NCBI GenBank assembly: GCA_963667015.2
Contig: CAXXJJ010000004.1
Span: 3,424,001 to 3,488,000 of the forward strand
Reading direction: 5' to 3'
Length of the DNA: 64,000 nt
Source of the DNA: Desulfatiglandales bacterium
GTDB lineage: Bacteria; Desulfobacterota; DSM-4660; Desulfatiglandales; HGW-15
This document shows, in pieces, positions 57,462-64,000 of the stretch (position 1 is the stretch's first letter; every line of letters begins with the position of its first letter). The position numbers and the translations under genes were made by a program. Under the pieces are notes generated by a model. The model was not told the DNA's origin and did not search any database. It saw only the letters and a program-made list of their open reading frames with translations.

Positions 57462-57477
57462 TGCAAAATCTAAGCCA
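57462..57477 (-). promoter_or_regulatory. Sigma-54 (-24/-12) promoter of pilin-like gene
   Basis: Minus strand TGGCTTAGATTTTGCA, GG-N10-GC with TGGC and TTGCA. Confidence 0.7.
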
Positions 57478-57708
57478 ATTAAATAACATATATCCGGTTC
57501 CGGGCGGGATATAGTTAACCGGTAATCCTGGATCATTAAAAAGCGGATAAGTTTATAAGAATACCCTTTTTGAGGAATGGGGTACTCAAAACAGAATAAA
57601 TTTTTTCCCAGAGTTTGTTGGACATAGTATTAAATACAGGTTATTAATTACAACTAAAATGCTTTAGCTGATGTCTGATTTGTCCTCCCATCCGCCACAG
57701 CAGGACGG

Positions 57709-59919
57709 GTGCTGAAAGCTTCACTCTGGAATATTATGAACAAAAAACAACCACCATTTACTGAACAACCGCCGCTGTTTGACGAAGAATATTACGAACC
57801 CATACCTGCATGGGAATTGTATGACGAACCCCGTGAACCTGTTGAAAAAAAAGGGGATTCAAATTCAGGCAGCAAAACGGAAAAAATCATCCGACGAACA
57901 TCAGACCTGGATGAACTGCTTAAAGATGTTTTCCACTTTGACTCCTTCAGGCCCTACCAGCAAAAGGTATGTGAATCCGTAGTAAACGGTAAAAATCTTC
58001 TGCTTGTGATGCCAACAGGCTCTGGTAAATCACTCTGTTATCAGCTTCCGGGAATAGCGAGGGGAGGAACAACCCTTGTGATAAGCCCTCTTATTGCCCT
58101 TATGGAGGATCAGGTTGCGGCTCTCAAAGAGAGAGGTCTGGCAGCGGAACGGATACACTCGGGCAGGACGCGCCTTCAGTCACGGCAGGTTTCCAGAAGT
58201 TACCTTGACGGAGAACTCGACTTTCTGTTTATTGCACCCGAAAGACTCTCTGTGCCGGGCTTTCCCGAAATGCTTGCAAAGAGAAAGCCCGTCCTCGTTG
58301 CAGTTGACGAGGCACACTGCATATCCCAGTGGGGGCATGATTTCAGGCCGGATTACCGGCTGCTTGGTGAAAGGCTTCCTGTATTACAGCCGGCACCTGT
58401 TATAGCAATGACGGCAACTGCAACCCCCAGGGTGCAGGATGATATCATAAGGCAGCTTGGCATCGATGATGCTGAGATGCATATCCATGGCTTCAGAAGA
58501 ACCAATATTGCCATAGAAATAATAGAGATAATGCCTTCTGACCGGACCGGAAAGGTGAGGGAGATACTGGCAGATAAAGATTCCCTTCCTGCTGTTATAT
58601 ATTCACCCACAAGGCAGAAGACCGAAGATCTGGCGGACGCCCTTCGGGATATCGTTAAGGTGGAGCCCTACCACGCAGGTATCGAGCCGGAAACCCGGGA
58701 CAGGGTTCAGGCGTCTTTCCTGTCAGGTGATCTTGATGTTATTGTTGCAACAATAGCCTTTGGCATGGGCATTGACAAACCTGATATCCGCACTGTTATA
58801 CACACCGCCATGCCCGGAACTCTTGAAGGATATTATCAGGAGATAGGACGCGCGGGCAGGGATGGTAGACAGTCAAAAGCGATTCTTTTACAGTCATATG
58901 GTGACAGGCGTGTTCATATCTTTTTTCATGAAAAAAGCTACCCTGAAGAAACATTCCTGAGAAGAATATTTAAAGCACTTAACAAAGAAAAAATTCCTAT
59001 TGAAAAACTCAGGCAGTCCTTTGATATTGAAGAGGAAGAGTTTGATAATTCCGTTGAAAAGCTCTGGATACACGGCGGGGCGATCGTAACTTCAGGAGAT
59101 TTAATAGAAAAAGGGCATGACAGGTGGTATGTCTCATACCGGAGGCAAAAGGAACACCGGCTCGCCCAGCTCGATGAGATTGGCCGGTTTGCCAAATCCT
59201 TTTCATGCCGTATGCTCTACCTGGTGAATCATTTCGGTGACAGAGAAGACAGGGGGAATCCATGCGGTATATGTGATTACTGCGCCCCCGATAAAACAAT
59301 GTCCGGAAAAACACGAGATCCTGACAGGCTGGAGCAGGTATTTCTTTTTGATATTTTATCGAATCTCAAATCTGCAGGAAGTCTTGGGACAGGAAGACTG
59401 TACAGCAGCGTATGCCCGGGAGAAAATTACCCAAGAAATGACTTTGAAGAACTGCTCAAGGCGCTTACAAGGGAAGGCCTTATAAAATTAAGGGAAGACA
59501 GTTTTGATAAAGACGGAAAAACTATCCATTACAAGAGGGCCGAACTTACTTCTGAAGGATACTCCTTTGATAAAAGGGATATTGTAACCATACAGGTCCC
59601 TTTTAAGGAGACAATAAAAAAGAAAAAAACGGCAGCCTTTAAGAAACGAAAAGCCCCGGAATCTTCAAGGCTGACATCATCTGCTTCTGATAATCAGGAG
59701 CTGTATAAAAAATTGAGGTCATGGAGGAACGGCCTGGCGAAAAAAAGAGGTATCCCGGCATTCAGGATTTTTTCAAATAATGTGCTTTCAAATCTCTGCT
59801 CCGGACTTCCCACAACAGAAGACGAACTGTCTATGGTGAATGGTGTCGGGCCCTATTTTGTTGAAAAGTATGGGGATAAGGTGATTGAAATTATAAAAGA
59901 ATATCTAAGAGAACAATAA
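57709..59919 (+). CDS. recQ: RecQ family ATP-dependent DNA helicase with HRDC domain
   Basis: MPTGSGKSLCYQLP, VDEAHCISQWGHDFRP, QEIGRAGRDG, Zn CGICDYC, C-terminal HRDC; ATG start at 57736 is also plausible. Confidence 0.95.
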   Translation: MLKASLWNIMNKKQPPFTEQPPLFDEEYYEPIPAWELYDEPREPVEKKGDSNSGSKTEKIIRRTSDLDELLKDVFHFDSFRPYQQKVCESVVNGKNLLLVMPTGSGKSLCYQLPGIARGGTTLVISPLIALMEDQVAALKERGLAAERIHSGRTRLQSRQVSRSYLDGELDFLFIAPERLSVPGFPEMLAKRKPVLVAVDEAHCISQWGHDFRPDYRLLGERLPVLQPAPVIAMTATATPRVQDDIIRQLGIDDAEMHIHGFRRTNIAIEIIEIMPSDRTGKVREILADKDSLPAVIYSPTRQKTEDLADALRDIVKVEPYHAGIEPETRDRVQASFLSGDLDVIVATIAFGMGIDKPDIRTVIHTAMPGTLEGYYQEIGRAGRDGRQSKAILLQSYGDRRVHIFFHEKSYPEETFLRRIFKALNKEKIPIEKLRQSFDIEEEEFDNSVEKLWIHGGAIVTSGDLIEKGHDRWYVSYRRQKEHRLAQLDEIGRFAKSFSCRMLYLVNHFGDREDRGNPCGICDYCAPDKTMSGKTRDPDRLEQVFLFDILSNLKSAGSLGTGRLYSSVCPGENYPRNDFEELLKALTREGLIKLREDSFDKDGKTIHYKRAELTSEGYSFDKRDIVTIQVPFKETIKKKKTAAFKKRKAPESSRLTSSASDNQELYKKLRSWRNGLAKKRGIPAFRIFSNNVLSNLCSGLPTTEDELSMVNGVGPYFVEKYGDKVIEIIKEYLREQ

Positions 59920-61106
59920 ATGGACAATATATTTGCAGACAGAATAACGGACGTGCCAAGGTCCTTCATACGTGAAATACTCAAGGTGGCGCTGGATAAA
60001 AGTGTTATCTCCTTTGCCGGTGGACTGCCTAACAGGGAATTGTTTCCCGCACAGGAGCTTATTGAGGCAACAGGTCATGTGTTTGAGATATATGGAAGCG
60101 ATATATTTCAGTACAGCAATTCCGAAGGATATATCAAACTCAGGGAATACATAGCAGGCAATTACAGGAAGAGCGGGATTGAAATCTCTCCGGAAAATAT
60201 ACTTATACAAACGGTGCCCAGCAGGGACTTGATCTGATAGGAAAGGTCCTGATAAATGAAGGGGACGGTCTGATTATTGAAGAGCCAGGATATCTGGGAG
60301 CCATCCAGGCCTTCAGCCTTTACAGGCCGAACTATTTTCCAGTGCGACTCCATGATGACGGTATGGACCTGGATCAATTGAAGGCTGCCGTGCCGGAAGC
60401 AGGCCTAAAGCTTATGTATACTGTACCGAATTTTCAGAATCCCTCGGGGATTACCTATTCGTTAAAAAACCGTGAGGAGATATCGGATATAATATCCGGC
60501 AGGGATATATTTATTATAGAGGATGATCCCTATAAAGAGCTCAGGTTTTCGGGTGATGAAATACCGTCTTTTAAGAGATATCTGCCCGACAGGACCATAC
60601 TGCTGGGATCTTTTTCAAAGACGGTTGTTCCGGGTTTCAGGATCGGCTGGGTAGCCGCTCCCGATGATATGTTTGAAAAGCTGCTGATTGCAAAACAGGC
60701 ATCTGATCTTCATTCCTGTCATTTTACACAGTACATTGTTTATCAATTCCTTGAAAACAATGATATAGGAAGCCATATAAGTAAGATAAGGGATGCCTAT
60801 GGAACCCAGTGCAGGAGCATGCTTGAGAGCATTGACCATTATTTCCCTGATAATGTATCTACAACCAGGCCGGAGGGCGGCATGTTCCTGTGGGCGACTC
60901 TTCCCAATGGTATGGCGGCAATGGATCTGTTTAACCTGGCAGTAAAGGAAAAGGTTATATTTGTGCCGGGCGATCCCTTTTATATAAACAGAAAGAATGC
61001 AAACACGCTGCGCCTTAATTTTTCATGTGTTGATCCTGAAACCATAAAGACAGGCATCAAAAGACTCGGGGCCGCTATAGAAATGCTCTCAGGGAAAGGG
61101 GCCTGA
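59920..61106 (+). pseudogene. PLP-dependent aminotransferase (class I/II) with single-base frameshift near 60207
   Basis: Frame 1: SFIREILK..ISFAGGLP..ENILI; shifted frame resumes TNGAQQGLDLIGK..EEPGYLGA..NFQNPSG..SFSK..PGFRIGW; may be a sequencing error. Confidence 0.8.
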
Positions 61107-61107
61107 T

Positions 61108-61410
61108 ATGACACCTGATGATCTTAAAAAAATAATATCATTCCTTAAGGCGCGTGTATGTGTTTCAGGAGAAAAAGCCAGCAGCCCGCTTCAGATTGCC
61201 TTTGATGTTCCCGACCTTGATGCAATGACCGGAGCAGGACTTGACCCTGCAGGATCAAAGGAAATACTTAATGCCGCATGGTGGGACGAGATGGTAAAGG
61301 ATATTATTGAAACCCCTGATTTCTGTGATGCTGATGACCCGCCTGAGCAGGTGTTGTTATATGCTCGGGATGTTGTGATGGATTACCTGCGTAAAAGGAT
61401 TAAATTATGA
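61108..61410 (+). CDS. Hypothetical protein
   Basis: 100 aa, starts 1 nt after aminotransferase stop; WWDEMV.DIIETPDFC. Confidence 0.7.
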   Translation: MTPDDLKKIISFLKARVCVSGEKASSPLQIAFDVPDLDAMTGAGLDPAGSKEILNAAWWDEMVKDIIETPDFCDADDPPEQVLLYARDVVMDYLRKRIKL

Positions 61411-61457
61411 ATTGAGTTAAAGGCACTAAAGCCTTAACAGGAGGTCGATAGTGCAGC

Positions 61458-63911
61458 CTATGCAACTTCATCGGGCACTTTATCGAGCTCTTCCCTGACC
61501 GCAACCCCTAGTTTATCCAGGGATACAGGTTTTTTAATAAATCGTCCGGCACCCAGCCGCTGAGCTTCCTTCACATTTTCTGTTTCTGCAAATCCGCTTG
61601 CAATTATGGCCTTCTGGCCCGGATTTGTTTTTATAATATTCTCGTATGTCTTTTTCCCATCCATACCCGGATCCATAATCATATCCAGAACGATCAGGTC
61701 CGCCTTATTTTCAGCAAGATATTTTAATGCCTCCTCACCGCTCGGAACTGATGTTGGCTTATAATTCAGATACTCAAGCATATTACAAAAGATCTCGCGC
61801 TGGGTTTCATCATCATCAACAACAAGGATTTTTTCACCATTCCCCTTAAACTCTTTTATAGATTTTATCTCGGTGTTTTTAAAATCTGTATCACGTGTTG
61901 TAGGGAAGTACAGGTCAAACCTTGTCCTCCTGTCTCCGGACGAAACATCTATATATCCATTATGTTCCTGTACAACATTCCATACAATGGAGAGCCCCAG
62001 GCCTGTTCCGCTCCTTCCCATATATTTTTTTGAGTAAAAGGGTTCAAATATCCTGTCAAGATCTCCTTTCGGGATGCCCTTACCATTATCTTCTACTGTA
62101 AGAAGTACATACTCTCCGGTTTTGACCTCTTCATACCCCCTGATATTCCTGTCAAGAAATACATTTTCGGTTTTAACAGTTACATCCCCTGATCCATCCA
62201 GGGCCTCGATCGCGTTTAAAACCAGGTTCATCAGACTTTTTCCTATATGAACAGGTGCGCCCTTGATATTAAGCAATCTGTCATCAAGCTCTGTTTTTAT
62301 TTTTATACCCGGGTTTATATCTAAAAGTTTCAGGTGTTCTGCCGAGACCAGATATTTTTCGACTATGGCATTAATGCAGAGAGTCTCTTTTTCTACTGCA
62401 ACGCCCCTTGCAACAGTCAAAAGGTCCTGTACAATTGCAACAGCCCTCAATCCTGACTGATGCATGGTTTCTACCGGTTTTCTGAGAGGACTTTCCTCCG
62501 GCAGGTCAAGTAAAATCATTTCGGGATAACTCACAATACCTGATAGAACATTGTTGAGATCATGAGCAACGCCCCCTGCCATTAATCCCAGGGATTCCAT
62601 TTTTTTTGAACGGGTTCGTTGTTCTTCGGTTATTCGCCTGACCTCATCATCCTGCTTTCGATCTGTGATATCCAGTACGAGCGATAAAAGTAAAGATTCA
62701 TTATTGAGTGTTATCTCAGTAATATGTACCTCGACTGGAAGCCTGGTCCCGTCTTTCCGTATATTTATACTTTCAAAAACGTAATGCCCTTTTGTATCAA
62801 ATTGTCTGGCAACCATCTCCTTTTGCTGATCGGTATACTCAACCGGATCAACATCTCCGATATTCATCCTGAGAAGCTCTTCCCTGCTGTAACCGGTGAT
62901 ATGGCACCCGACATCATTCACCATGCGATAATTGCCCTCATGGTTATTCACAAATACCCCGACAGGCATACTTTCCAGAACGGTTTTCAGTTGTTCTTCA
63001 CTCTCAAGAAGTGCTTTCTCCGCTTCTTTTCTTTTATTGATATCAACAATAAGCTTGCTGTTCAGGGCTTCAAGTTTGCTTGATCTATCCTCCACCAGAC
63101 TAAGCAAGCCTTTGAATTCACGTCCAAGAATCCCTATCTCATCCTGTCGTGAGATTATATCAGGCATCTTTTGATTATCTTCTCTTGCTGAAATTACGTT
63201 ATCCTTAAGTTTGAGAACGGGCTTTACTACCAGCCAGTGAATAAGCAGGACCATTGCTACCAGGGCGGTAGCCATGGTGGCCAGGAAGAAAAAAGTTGCA
63301 TAGAAGGTTGTGGCGTATCCGGTCTGGACTATTCTTCTGGGGTGCTGCGCCTTGAGCAAAAGGGCCTTTTCCCCGGTGAGATCACCTATTGCTGAATATA
63401 TATCCTGGTATAATCCTGATTCTTCGGTTTCAGTAAGATATGCATATTTTTGATCGGAAAGTTTTTCCATGAGATCTGACACTATCGCGGTGCTTTGTCC
63501 GGAGTACAATTCAAGTTTAAGCCGTATCTGTTCGGACATCCGCTGAATAAAAGCATCTTCAATCAGCCTCCCCATAATCAGTGCGCCCATGGCAGGACCC
63601 TTGTTCTCACTTTTTAACACCGGCCTGGAGCTGACTACAAACAACCCTGATGGCGTTACGAGAACCCCTGAAACATTAGCATCCTCGAGTGGAGTTTTTT
63701 CAAAATCAAATACCCTGAGGTAATGGGACTTACCAATGGTTTCACCAAGAAAGTCTTTTAGCTTTTTACCGGCATCTTCAGATAATCCGTTTAATCCATT
63801 CCAAACTATATGTCCGTCCTCTGCAACAAAATATATCAGGTTCAGCTGATTATCTTCAAATGTCGATAATGTCAGATTTGCTTCTATATATTCGCTGTTT
63901 GAGTCATTTAT
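61458..63911 (-). pseudogene. Hybrid sensor histidine kinase (CHASE4-TM-HAMP-PAS-HisKA-HATPase-REC), 5'-truncated
   Basis: AHDLNN, NLVLNA, DNGKG, GTGLGL, REC VVDDD/LDMIM; frame stays open upstream of the track start with CHASE4-like NSEYIEANL..NLIYF but meets in-frame TAA at 63933-63935 with no first TM or start. Confidence 0.75.
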
Positions 63912-64000
63912 AACCTGAATTTTGCACCACTTTTATAAAATCCCGTGCAAGAAATTTTTTGCACGGGTAAATTTCAACGAATTATCAAATGGTTAAACGT
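63912..64000. mobile_element. Probable end of an insertion sequence interrupting the kinase gene
   Basis: Coding similarity stops abruptly at AACCTGAATTTTGCACCAC, followed by non-coding AT-rich DNA with hairpin CCCGTGCAA..TTGCACGGG; no transposase visible in window. Confidence 0.5.

Noticed and set aside
60195..60240. Programmed ribosomal frameshift in the aminotransferase
   Set aside because: No X XXY YYZ slippery site or obvious stimulatory structure, and no precedent known to me for this family
1..64000. CRISPR arrays, tRNA/rRNA genes, prophage or defence-system genes
   Set aside because: No regularly spaced repeats, cloverleaf/rRNA signatures or phage/defence motifs recognised by eye

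Overview
This is a bacterial chromosomal window. Gene content (RpoH-type sigma, DapL, PilB, HDOD/CheD, LonC, DUF748, a selenoprotein) suggests an anaerobic Desulfobacterota/deltaproteobacterial lineage; that assignment is an inference. 1-8.8 kb: housekeeping/envelope genes (tricorn-protease C-terminus, GNAT, LolB/DUF4292-like lipoprotein, TPR protein, rpoH, tyrS, rodZ, two SurA/PpiC isomerases). 9.3-25 kb: the most unusual feature, a tightly coupled 7-gene operon mixing ABC and RND machinery: ABC ATPase, ABC permease fused to an M1-peptidase-like/golvesin-like ectodomain, MFP, RND, a second RND fused to an intact ABC ATPase with a membrane insertion inside the NBD, ABC permease and TolC. 25-34.5 kb: NAT, DUF898/M48 pair, HEXXH lipoprotein, a second ABC exporter and small orphan genes. 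34.6-47 kb: dapL, a PilB with both an MshEN and a cNMP-binding domain, a zinc-ribbon HDOD protein, a CheD lacking its catalytic Cys, a rhodanese and DUF748. 47-53.8 kb: a redox/proteostasis operon headed by a UxxC selenoprotein (thioredoxin-fold/thioredoxin-reductase fusion) that the ORF track splits at its UGA. 53.9-64 kb: aconitase, an orphan pilin-like gene with a sigma-54 promoter, recQ, a frameshifted PLP aminotransferase, and a CHASE4 hybrid kinase whose 5' part is cut off by a probable IS end. No rRNA, tRNA or CRISPR array was recognised. All family calls come from motif reading, not database searches.
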